A stretch of DNA of 64,000 bases, taken from Candidatus Eiseniibacteriota bacterium. Lineage in GTDB: Bacteria > Eisenbacteria > RBG-16-71-46 > DASYSL01. The stretch lies in contig JANPEF010000028.1 in assembly GCA_031431875.1 (NCBI GenBank), positions 1 through 64,000 on the forward strand, in the 5' to 3' direction. This document shows positions 12,943 to 24,895 of this stretch, one piece after another; the first letter of the stretch is position 1, and every line of letters begins with the position of its first letter. Below the pieces are notes generated by a model. That model searched no databases, was not told where the DNA came from, and saw only the letters and a program-made list of their open reading frames with translations. A program made the translations under genes and the position numbers.

Positions 12943-14492
12943 GCCGAAGCCTCCGCCAGTGCGGGAAGAACGACCGTGACGCGCGTGCCGCGCCCGGGCG
13001 CCGTTTCGATGTCGAGCGAGCCGCCATGTTGTTCGACCACCCGGCGGCTGACCGTGAGGCCCACGCCCGAGCCGCGACCCTTGGTCGAGAACCCGGGCTC
13101 GAAGACGCGGGCGACGGTGGCCGGATCCATGCCCGGTCCTTCGTCGGCGACCTCGACCACGACCGTCTCGGGCGACCTTCCGCCGTGCGTCGCGATGGTG
13201 ACACGTCCGCCGCCCGGCTGCGCCTCGCACGCGTTCTTCACCAGGTTGCGCAGCACGCGACGCAGCTGGCGCTCGTCGCCGCGGGCCATCGGCCGGGCCG
13301 GATCGAGCGCGACGGCGAGCTCGACGTGCGGCCACGGCTGCAGCGCGACGAGACTCTCGACCAGCGCGTTCAGGTCGACCCGACCGGGCCGGATCTCGGG
13401 CAGCGAACCGAGGGCGTAGAACGAATCGGCGAGGTCGACCAGCGCATCGAACTCGCGGCGCAGCGCATCGACGCTCCTCTGCCCGCGCGCCCGCCCGGTC
13501 GGCTCGAGCGCCGCGAACTCGCGCCGCAGGTTCTCGAGCGCCAGGGTGATCGTGGTCAGCGGGTTGCGGATCTCGTGCGCGACCTGGCGGGCAACGCCCT
13601 GCCACGCCGCGGCCCGTTCGGCCGCGGCCAGCTCGGCGCGCGCGCGCGTCAGGCGCAGGGTCATGGCGTTGAACGACTCGGCGAGGCTCTTGATCTCGGG
13701 GGCGCCGGTCGGCTCCACGTGCACCGGCACGTCGCCGTCGACGCGGGCGAGACTCGCGGACAGCGTCGCGATCGGCTGCGTCAGGTGGCGCGCGATGGCT
13801 CGCCCGGCGAGCACGGCGACGGCCGCGACGAGGAGCAGCACCGCGATCACGACGACGCGGAAGTACCACTTGTAGACCTCGGCGTAGACCGAGAGCCGGC
13901 GGAAGATGCCCATGCCCAGCTGGATGGCGGAGAGCTGCAGGAAGAAGTCCTCGGGCAGCGCATAGCCGACGGCCACGATCTCGGGCCCCGTGCGCAGCGA
14001 GTCCTGGGCGATCGAGTCGAGCAGCGCGAACGCGCCGGTGACCGATTGCGCCGGTTTCCGCCACGAGACGCGGCCGTCGTTGATCTCCGCGGAGAGGTCG
14101 TAGGCGCCGACGCTGGTGATACCGGTGGGGGCGAGATCGACGACGCGGTGCCAGCCGGAACTGTCGGGCCGATAGACCTGGTAGAGGTCGAGCCCGGCGT
14201 CCTTGAGGAAGCGCTCGACGAAGATGCGATCGGGCCGCTCCGGGGCGAGCTCGAGCGGGCGCTGGCGGGAGATGTCGAAGAGCGGCCCGGCGGAGAGACG
14301 GAGTCCCGACTCGAGGCGCTTGAGCGACGCCTTCGCCACCGCGACCGAGCTGGTGAGCGCGTCCTCGGCGCCAGCGCTGTCCCACCACTCGACGGTGGAG
14401 ACGAGCTGGCGCAGCACGAACAGCGACAGGAACAGACTCGGGACCAGCGCGAGGATCAGGAACCACAGCGTGAGCCGGGCGCGAAGGCTCAA
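12939..14492 (-). CDS. HAMP sensor histidine kinase (NtrY-like)
   Basis: Two TMs, HAMP, AWQGVARQVAHEIRNPL H-box, NLVKNA, DEGPG, GSGVGL. Confidence 0.93.
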
Positions 14493-14505
14493 GTGGGTTC
14501 CGCGG

Positions 14506-15612
14506 TCAGGCCTTCGCGCCCAGCTGCCCGCAGGCCGCGAAGATGTCGCCGCCCTGGCTCCAGCGCAGCGTCACCGCCGGGCAGCGCGGGAACAGCCAGT
14601 CGGCGAAGCGCTGGATGGCCTCGTTGCTCGGACGCTCCCACTGGAGCTGGGGCACCGGGTTGTAGGGGATCAGGTTCACCTTGCACGGCAGCGAGTTCGC
14701 GATCTCGGCCAGGCGCTCGGCGTCACCCTTGTGGTCGTTGACGCCGGCGAGAAGGATGTACTCGAGCGTGATGCGCCGTCCGGTGGTGTTGGCGTAGTAC
14801 TCGGCCGCGCGCAGCAGCTCGCGCAACGGATAGCGCTGGTTGATCGGCACGAGGCGATCGCGCAACGCGTCGGTCGTCGCGTGCAGCGAGAGGGCGAGCC
14901 CGATCTGCATGCCTTCCCGGGCGAGCTTGTGCATCTGCGGCACCAGGCCGCAGGTCGAGATCGTGACCCGACGCGAACCGACGTTCAGTCCGGATTCGGC
15001 GTTGAGGATGCGGATCGCCTTCACCGTCGGCGCGTAGTTGGCCAGCGGTTCGCCCATGCCCATGAACACGATGTTGAACCCCGGATCGTCCCAGCCCGTG
15101 GTCTCGAGCATGTGGACGACCTGGGCGACGATCTCGTCGGCCTTCAGGTTGCGCAGCAGGCCGAGCGTTCCCGTGGCGCAGAAGACGCATGCCATGCCGC
15201 ATCCGGCCTGGCTCGAGACGCACAGCGTGACGCCGCGCTTCGACAGCATGGCGACCGACTCGACACGCGTCTTGTCGCGCAGTTCGAGCGCGTACTTGAA
15301 GGAGTCGCCGCGGGGCGAGCCGATCTGCTTGTGGATCCGGGGCAGGGACAGGTCGACGACCGAAGCCAGACTCTCGCGCTGGGATTTCCCGAGGTTGCTC
15401 ATGGCGTGGGGATCGCGCACGCGCTTGCGGTAGACCCAGTCGAGAACCTGCTCGGAGCGATAGCCCTGCCAGCCGGCAGCGGTCAGATGGGTCCGCACCT
15501 CCTCGGGGGTGAGCCCGAAGAAGGGGAGGGGGCCCTCGGCCTCCCGGAGGGGGCGGGGCGAGTCGTCGAGTTCCGTCGACGGCAGGGGCACGAGCGGCGA
15601 TTGCGGTTCCAT
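14506..15612 (-). CDS. rlmN: 23S rRNA/tRNA m2A methyltransferase RlmN
   Basis: CVSSQAGCGMACVFCATG radical-SAM motif, MGMGEPL, NLIPYN, AACGQL. Confidence 0.97.
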   Translation of the reverse strand: MEPQSPLVPLPSTELDDSPRPLREAEGPLPFFGLTPEEVRTHLTAAGWQGYRSEQVLDWVYRKRVRDPHAMSNLGKSQRESLASVVDLSLPRIHKQIGSPRGDSFKYALELRDKTRVESVAMLSKRGVTLCVSSQAGCGMACVFCATGTLGLLRNLKADEIVAQVVHMLETTGWDDPGFNIVFMGMGEPLANYAPTVKAIRILNAESGLNVGSRRVTISTCGLVPQMHKLAREGMQIGLALSLHATTDALRDRLVPINQRYPLRELLRAAEYYANTTGRRITLEYILLAGVNDHKGDAERLAEIANSLPCKVNLIPYNPVPQLQWERPSNEAIQRFADWLFPRCPAVTLRWSQGGDIFAACGQLGAKA

Positions 15613-15705
15613 TGCTTCCTAGACTAAGTTTCCGCCGAGGGCGGGTCAAGGAACCCCGTGCCCGATCGTCGTTTCGCGGCCCCTCGAGGGCGGCGGGGAG
15701 GGAGC

Positions 15706-16179
15706 ATGGACGTGGACAATCAGAGCCTGGCTCCTCGCGGACGGGGTGGCCGCCGCAAGGGATCCGGCAAGCGGGCTGAGGCGGACGCTCCGTGGGAGCT
15801 CCGCGCCGTCCAGGCGCTGGCCGACCCTTCTCGATGGTCAATGGTTCGTTTGTTATCGATTCACGAGGACACGATTGGCGAAGTCGCCCGCCGGGTCGGC
15901 CTGTCAAACGCCTGCACCTCTCGACATATGTCGATACTTACCGAATCAGAGATTGTCGAGTCCCGACGTGCGGGACGAACGACCCGGTGCCGGCTTGCCT
16001 CGGCGTCCACCCGGGCAGGTCACTTGCTGCGCGCGCTCGGAATCGAAGTCCTGGACGGATTGACCACCGGCCAGGAGCACCCTGTTCAGGACCCATCCGC
16101 CGCTGTCCCGGAGTTCGGGACAAGCCTTCCGACAATACGTCGTTATCAATCGAAGGATTTGGATGATTTCCTGCTCTAG
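15706..16179 (+). CDS. ArsR-family winged-HTH regulator
   Basis: ALADPSRWSMVRLL...SRHMSILTESEIVESRRAGR; GGAG Shine-Dalgarno. Confidence 0.75.
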   Translation: MDVDNQSLAPRGRGGRRKGSGKRAEADAPWELRAVQALADPSRWSMVRLLSIHEDTIGEVARRVGLSNACTSRHMSILTESEIVESRRAGRTTRCRLASASTRAGHLLRALGIEVLDGLTTGQEHPVQDPSAAVPEFGTSLPTIRRYQSKDLDDFLL

Positions 16180-16194
16180 CCACGGGAGCCCGGG

Positions 16195-17178
16195 ATGCCT
16201 CTGAACGGGGTTCGCCCACTCCGGGTTGCATCCATCGATATTGGAACAAACTCCATCCGACTCCTGGTCGCCGAGCGGGGGAGCCGCGGGGACATTCGCC
16301 CCCTGGTGCGCCTCGGGGAATCCTGCCGCCTGGGAGAAGGTCTCGATGCGACCGGCCGGATCGGCGTCCGGGCCGAGGAGCGGACGCGCGACACCCTGGC
16401 AAGATTCGCCCATCGGGCCCGGGAGCTCGAGTGCTCGGCGGTGATCGTCGCGGCGACGAACGCCCTGCGCAGCGCCACCAATGGCGCCGAGGTGACGGGC
16501 CGCCTCGAAGCCGCGGCCGGGTATCCCATTCGCATCCTCTCCGGAGAGGAGGAGGCGCGCTTCGTCTACCAGGCCGTGATCGACGGGCTGCGCTGGGATC
16601 CGGCAGCGGGGGAGTACCTGATCGTCGACATCGGGGGCGGCTCGGTCGAGATCGTCCGCGGCGCCGGGCTCGAAGTGCGGCACTGGGCCAGCCTCGAGCT
16701 TGGCTGCGTGCGTCTCACCGAGCGTTTTCTCAAGTCCGATCCCCCGGCTCCGGGGGAACTCGCCGAGTTGCGGGCCTACCTGCGCGGGACCTGGGTCGAA
16801 CACGACGTCCTCCTGCGCCCCACGCCGCAGGCTGCCGGGGGCGTGGGTGGCACGATCACCGCTCTGGCGGCGCTCAACCTGGGGCTCCGTCGCTATGACG
16901 CGTCGCGGGTCGAGGGGCACCTGCTCCCGACCGGCGACGTCCGCCGGCTCACCGAGTCGCTCTGCGGCCTGACCACCTCCGAGCGCCAGGCGCTGGCCAC
17001 GGTCGGTCCTGGGCGCGCCGATATCCTGCCCGCGGGCTGCGTTCTCCTGGTCAGTCTTCTCGAGGCGGCCGGGCTGGCCTCGATCACGGCATCGACCCAG
17101 GGCCTGCGGTACGCCCTGGCCCGCCTCGCGCTCCGCCAGGCGGAGTCGACGGGGGCCACCGGAGATTCATTGCTTTGA
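16195..17178 (+). CDS. ppx: Ppx/GppA family exopolyphosphatase (short form)
   Basis: IDIGTNSIRL, ILSGEEEA, DIGGGSVE, RADIL motifs. Confidence 0.92.
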   Translation: MPLNGVRPLRVASIDIGTNSIRLLVAERGSRGDIRPLVRLGESCRLGEGLDATGRIGVRAEERTRDTLARFAHRARELECSAVIVAATNALRSATNGAEVTGRLEAAAGYPIRILSGEEEARFVYQAVIDGLRWDPAAGEYLIVDIGGGSVEIVRGAGLEVRHWASLELGCVRLTERFLKSDPPAPGELAELRAYLRGTWVEHDVLLRPTPQAAGGVGGTITALAALNLGLRRYDASRVEGHLLPTGDVRRLTESLCGLTTSERQALATVGPGRADILPAGCVLLVSLLEAAGLASITASTQGLRYALARLALRQAESTGATGDSLL

Positions 17179-17192
17179 CACCTGTAAATAAG

Positions 17193-17221
17193 TTGACCGG
17201 GGCGGATCGGGGGCGTAGCGT
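17193..17221 (+). promoter_or_regulatory. sigma70-type promoter upstream of the small exported peptide gene
   Basis: TTGACC-N17-TAGCGT preceded by an AT-richer stretch. Confidence 0.55.
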
Positions 17222-17341
17222 TTTGCACGCGCTGGACCAAGGTCCCCTGCCTCAGGCAACTCCTTGTGTCGCCTGATTTCGGCCCACGCGCGCCGGAACC
17301 AGTTCCAGAGAGGTCTCGCGTAGAGGGAGTACTCAGCGCAC

Positions 17342-17659
17342 ATGGCCGCCAAGGCAACTCGCACATACATCCTGGTCCTTCTTCTCGTGCTCGGCGTCGT
17401 TGCGACGACGGCGACTGTCGGTGTATCGACGGTCTTCGCGTCGGCCGGGGCGGGTGGCGCGACAAACGGAGATCCGGATCGACCCAACGATTCGACGAAG
17501 CCCTCGGTTCAGCAGTCGGTGCCGGGTTCAACGATCATGCCGAGCAGCACCGGCATCGTGGGCGGCCCGGTTGCATCCGCCGGCGTCGAACGTGCAGAGA
17601 AGGGTTGGACCTGGGCGAAGTGGTACGTCGCTACCTTGCTCGGGCGGTTCGGTCGCTAA
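17342..17659 (+). CDS. Small exported protein / candidate signalling propeptide (105 aa)
   Basis: GAGGGAG Shine-Dalgarno, hydrophobic signal peptide, GDPDRP motif, S/T/P/G-rich linker, Trp-rich basic C-terminus. Confidence 0.7.
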   Translation: MAAKATRTYILVLLLVLGVVATTATVGVSTVFASAGAGGATNGDPDRPNDSTKPSVQQSVPGSTIMPSSTGIVGGPVASAGVERAEKGWTWAKWYVATLLGRFGR

Positions 17660-17761
17660 TTCTTGATCGTGCGGGGCGACGCCGGCTCAGGCCGGCGTTC
17701 CCCGCTCGTGACCGACCGAGCCGGCGTTCAGTCTGTCCCCGGTAAGGCTGAGGAGCGAGCT

Positions 17762-20851
<3,090 letters not shown>

Positions 20852-20884
20852 CGCGCCCCTTCGTTCCACATTGCGATCGCACAC

Positions 20885-20913
20885 GGCTTGAGACTTTGCT
20901 CTCAAGCCTTTTT
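20885..20913 (+). terminator. Intrinsic terminator after the activator gene
   Basis: GGCTTGAGA-ctttgc-TCTCAAGCC followed by TTTTT. Confidence 0.8.
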
Positions 20914-21106
20914 AGTGTTTGGATCCTGTTGTGGGACAAGAACTTGCGATGAGCCCGCCCTCCCTGGCTATGAAGTCTCCTTCCAGCGGATCGCTTCCCG
21001 ACGGAAACGGCGGCTCTCCTCGCGATCCGGTCAAGAACCTGTAAACCATTGCCGGTCATGTGGTTGTCGGAGTGGAACCATGTGCGCGCGCAGTGTCACC
21101 TCCGGG

Positions 21107-21122
21107 TGGCACGGGCAATGCA
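21107..21122 (+). promoter_or_regulatory. sigma54 (-24/-12) promoter
   Basis: TGGCACG-GGCA-ATGCA with exact GG-N10-GC spacing. Confidence 0.7.
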
Positions 21123-21129
21123 CTACATC

Positions 21130-21700
21130 CCGCGGCGGAGGGGGGGACCTCCAGAGAGAAACAAGGCAGAGCATCAGGGCACGGACGCAACACAGCAGAG
21201 ACATTCCGGGGCTGCCCGTCTCGCGCAACCAGCCAGCGCATCTTTCGGTCGAGACGGCTCCCCCCGGGATGGTCCGGCAGGAACAGGCAGCAGCAGGGAT
21301 GTTGCAGACGGACAACGAAGACGAAGCACCTGGGTTTCTGGGCTTGTCGGGGTTTGCTGGAGAGTGGTCGAGGGTATGAACCCGGTCGAAAGCGACGATC
21401 GAGTCACTCTTCGAGCACCCGACTAGCCCGGAGTTTGCAGCACCAAGGATTGAACCCCGCGACAGCCGCGGAGGCTTCTCGCGAAAAGGCACCAGGGACA
21501 AGCTCCTGCGGGACGCAGGGAGCTCCCCGAGAGGAGTCGCGGGGTTTCGAAAACGGGCGCAGGTCCGGTTCGGCACTGGCCAGCACTGGGGGATGTACAG
21601 GTCGTTGCCGTTCATGAAACCGGCGCCCGCTCTGTAAGAAGCAAAAGGAACAGTGAGACGGCCGGGGGAGCCCGCTTCGAGGGGCTCCCCCGGTCTTTGT
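21130..21700 (+). ncRNA. Candidate large structured non-coding RNA (~570 nt), possibly CsrB/Rsm-like
   Basis: Bounded by a sigma54 promoter and a terminator; no credible ORF; several long stems; GGA motifs in hairpin loops. Confidence 0.55.
21661..21700 (+). terminator. Intrinsic terminator of the candidate ncRNA
   Basis: GCCGGGGGAGCCC-gcttcgag-GGGCTCCCCCGGT followed by CTTTGT. Confidence 0.75.
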
Positions 21701-21907
21701 CTGTGGCATCCCGGCCGCACGCCCGACGCTGTTGCGGCACCGGTGCCCCGGCTGGCAGCCTCCGACGGTGCGGCAGGTGGGACCCGGCAGCACGACGATC
21801 GAGCCGACTCGGCCCCGCCTTTCAGCCACGCGAACCTCCATGACCTCATGCACTTCGCCGGTTCTCCCTGCTTCAACTCCCGGGCCTTGGCCGCTCCGCG
21901 GCCGACA

Positions 21908-21923
21908 TGGCACGCCGATTGCG
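21908..21923 (+). promoter_or_regulatory. sigma54 (-24/-12) promoter of the lipoprotein gene
   Basis: Perfect consensus TGGCACG-CCGA-TTGC, about 50 nt upstream of the ATG. Confidence 0.85.
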
Positions 21924-21974
21924 TAGGCAGACGGGAGGCGCAAGGCGCGCCACGCACCGGCCCTGGGGGATTCC

Positions 21975-22832
21975 ATGTCGACCCGCACGTTCCCGACCCG
22001 CATCCGGATCCTTCCCGCGCTCGGCTTCCTCACGGTCCTTGCGCTGTTTGCCGTCGGTTGCGATTCCGACGATGGCCCGGTGGTCGTGGTCGACTCCATT
22101 CCGCCCGCGGCGCCGCAGGCGGTGAGCACCGTGACCGGTGATGGTCGCGTGACCATCTCCTGGGTGCCGAACACCGATGGGGACCTCGCCGGCTACCGCG
22201 TCTACCGCGGCGTCGACGGATACCTCGGCGAGATGTTTCCGCTGGCGACGACCCCGTCGACCACCTTCGTCGACGCCGCCGTGCTCAACGGAACGACCTA
22301 CTCCTACGCGGTCGCGGCCTACGACGTGGCCGGCAACGAGAGCGCACTGTCGGTCGAGAACACCCAGGATACGCCGCGTCCGGCGGGGGCGAACCTGGTG
22401 CTCTACGACATTTCGTTCGAGCCGGGCGAGCTGGCGGGCTACGACTTCTCGGCGGGCGTGTTGCGCCTTGCCGGCGACGCGTCGACCGATCTCTACTACG
22501 AGGTCGCCGGCGGCACGCGGCTGATGGTGGCGCGCGACCTGTCGACCGACGTTCAGGACGCGGGCTATCGCGGGCTCGACGACCTCGACTGGGCACCGGA
22601 CGAGGGCTGGTCGCCGACGGGGACGGTGGAACTCATCGTCGGCCACGCCTACTACGCATGGACCCGGACCGGGAACTTCGCGAAGTTCCGCGTCACCTCG
22701 ATCACCGACAGCCAGGTGCGGATCGATTGGGCTTACCAACTCCAGGCCGACAACCCTGAGTTGATCCGGACGCCGCGGCGGGATCCGCTGCTGGCCGCGG
22801 TGGGCACGACGGCCGGCGCGACGGCGCGGTAG
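21975..22832 (+). CDS. Lipoprotein with fibronectin type III domain
   Basis: Lipobox AVGC; Fn3 motifs VTISW, DLAGYRVYR, YSYAVAAYDVAGNES. Confidence 0.85.
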   Translation: MSTRTFPTRIRILPALGFLTVLALFAVGCDSDDGPVVVVDSIPPAAPQAVSTVTGDGRVTISWVPNTDGDLAGYRVYRGVDGYLGEMFPLATTPSTTFVDAAVLNGTTYSYAVAAYDVAGNESALSVENTQDTPRPAGANLVLYDISFEPGELAGYDFSAGVLRLAGDASTDLYYEVAGGTRLMVARDLSTDVQDAGYRGLDDLDWAPDEGWSPTGTVELIVGHAYYAWTRTGNFAKFRVTSITDSQVRIDWAYQLQADNPELIRTPRRDPLLAAVGTTAGATAR

Positions 22833-22985
22833 GCTTCCCGGCCGTTCGCGGGAGAAACCGCGGAGTCGCGGGGTAAGAATCGTCGGACGGTCCCGAGGGG
22901 CGGTTGACCCTCGGGGCGACATCCCCCAGAGTGAAAGGCGGCCCGCACCCGTGGGGGTGCGGGCCGTTCCCTGTCCGGAGACCCG

Positions 22986-23936
22986 ATGCCCCTGCGCACC
23001 TCGCTCCCCTGGTGGACCCTGCCCCTCGGCGCCGTGCTCCTGGCGGTCGCCGCCCCGGCCCGCGCCGGCACCACCACCGGATTCGCCTTCCTCAACCTGC
23101 CCGCCGGCGCCCGCGCGGCCGCGCTGGGCGGCGCCTACACCGCAATCGCCGACGACCCGACCGCCGCCTTCTGGAATCCAGCCGGAATTGCCCCGGCCGT
23201 GGCCGTCGGACCTTCGGGGGAGATCGCCGTCACCGGGGTCCATCACGAGAGCATCCAGAACTTCCGCCAGGACCTGGTCGCCGCCACGTGGCGGAAGTCC
23301 GACGACGGCCTGTCGCTGGCGTTCAACTCGCACTACACGGGCGGGCTCGACGGCACCGACGCGATCGGCAACCCGCTGGGCACGTTCGGGGCGAGCGACT
23401 TCGCCGTCTCCGGTGGATACGCCGCGACCATCGCGGCCGGCGCGCGTCTGGGGGCCACGCTCGGCTGGGTCAGCGAATCGATCGCGGGCAACTCGGCTTC
23501 GACCCTGACGTTCTCGCTGGGCGGGCTCTACGCGCCGGCGGGGCTCGCGGGGCTCACGCTCGGCGCCGCGGTGCGTCAGCTCGGGGGCAGCCCGAATTTT
23601 TCGACCGTGGATGGCGCGGCGGGCGAAGCGGTCGAACAGCCGCTGACCGTCGCCGGCGGGGCCTCGTACGCGGGAGGGAAGTCGTCGCTGCGCTGGCTCG
23701 TCAGCGGCGAGGTCAGCAAGCTCAAGGGCGACGACATCGAGGGCCGGGCCGGGCTCGAGGTGCGGCCGGCGACCGGGCTGGCGGTCCGCGCGGGCTGGAT
23801 GTTCGGGCAGGACGCCGCGGACTTCACGGCGGGGGCCGGCGTGGGCGTCGGAAACGTGGCCTTCGACTACGCGTTCGTGCCCTACCACGACGACCTGGGC
23901 AGCTCCCACCGCGCGGGGCTCACCGCCCGATTCTAG
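22986..23936 (+). CDS. PorV/PorQ (UPF0164)-family outer-membrane barrel
   Basis: FLNLPAGARAAALGGAYTAIADDPTAAFWNPAG, FDYAF...DLGSSHR, C-terminal Phe. Confidence 0.85.
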   Translation: MPLRTSLPWWTLPLGAVLLAVAAPARAGTTTGFAFLNLPAGARAAALGGAYTAIADDPTAAFWNPAGIAPAVAVGPSGEIAVTGVHHESIQNFRQDLVAATWRKSDDGLSLAFNSHYTGGLDGTDAIGNPLGTFGASDFAVSGGYAATIAAGARLGATLGWVSESIAGNSASTLTFSLGGLYAPAGLAGLTLGAAVRQLGGSPNFSTVDGAAGEAVEQPLTVAGGASYAGGKSSLRWLVSGEVSKLKGDDIEGRAGLEVRPATGLAVRAGWMFGQDAADFTAGAGVGVGNVAFDYAFVPYHDDLGSSHRAGLTARF

Positions 23937-24727
23937 GTTCCGTCTGGAACCTGGCGCACGTCGATCCCCGGGTGCCCGGGTTCCAGCGGCACGCCCTTCT
24001 CACCATCCCATCGCTCGAGTCCGAACTTGCCGTCGCGCAGGCTCGCGAACGTGAAGTTCGTCACCCAGTCGCCGAGAATGAGGAAGTCCTTCCCCTCGCG
24101 CCGGAAGTGCGTCGGGTGGTGATAGTGCCCGGTGAGCACGCCGTCCGCGCCGGTCGCGAAGCGGGGCAGGGCGAGCTGGCGATAGAGCCACTCACGATCC
24201 ACCTTCGATTCGTCGCGACTGCCGCGCGACAGCCGCGACACGAGGTGGGCGAAAGGAATGCCGAGGTCGGGATGGATCCACCGGTAGGCGGCGATGGTCA
24301 GCGGATTGCGCAGGAGTCGCTTGAGCAGCTTGTAGCCCAGGTCGCCGCGCGCGAGCCCGTCGCCGTGCATGAGAGCGAGCCGGCGCCCGTCAAGTTCGAC
24401 CGTTGTCGGGTCGTCGAACGTGGTGATCCCCAGCTCCTGGCGCAGGAAGGCCCCGGCCCACCAGTCGTGATTGCCACCCAGGTAGGTGAGCTCGACGCCG
24501 GCGTCGGCCAACGCGCCCAGGCGGCGCACCGTGGCCAGGTGCTCACGCGGGATGGCGTGGCGGTAGGTGAACCAGAAATCGAACAGGTCACCGAGGATGA
24601 ACAGCCGGCGGGCGTGCGCGGCGCGGCGTTCAAGGAACGTGCCCAGGAGGTCCTCGCGGATCCGGTCGCGGTCGGAACGGGACGAGCCCAGGTGGACATC
24701 CGACAGGAACAGCGCTTCGTCGCTCAT
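23933..24727 (-). CDS. lpxH: UDP-2,3-diacylglucosamine diphosphatase
   Basis: SDVHLG, LGDLFDFW, GNHD, HGD, GHYH metallophosphoesterase motifs. Confidence 0.85.
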   Translation of the reverse strand: MSDEALFLSDVHLGSSRSDRDRIREDLLGTFLERRAAHARRLFILGDLFDFWFTYRHAIPREHLATVRRLGALADAGVELTYLGGNHDWWAGAFLRQELGITTFDDPTTVELDGRRLALMHGDGLARGDLGYKLLKRLLRNPLTIAAYRWIHPDLGIPFAHLVSRLSRGSRDESKVDREWLYRQLALPRFATGADGVLTGHYHHPTHFRREGKDFLILGDWVTNFTFASLRDGKFGLERWDGEKGVPLEPGHPGIDVRQVPDGT

Positions 24728-24895
24728 GGCCGGAGAGTGCCGCAAAGCGCGGGGCGCGACAAGGCCGCCAAATCGCTGTGAAGCGCCGCGATCCGGCGTT
24801 CGCCGCCTTGACCGCCGTCGCCCATGGCTCCTAGCATGATCGTGTTCGTCCGTAACGCATCCGGTCTCCGCCTGGCGGAGAGGAGGACTCGCCCC

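Noticed and set aside
20888..22141. ORF-track ORFs in the activator-lipoprotein gap (for example 21060-21617, 21031-21957, 21653-22141)
   Set aside because: No recognisable motifs or Shine-Dalgarno, shadow-ORF-like composition, and they run across clear promoters and terminators
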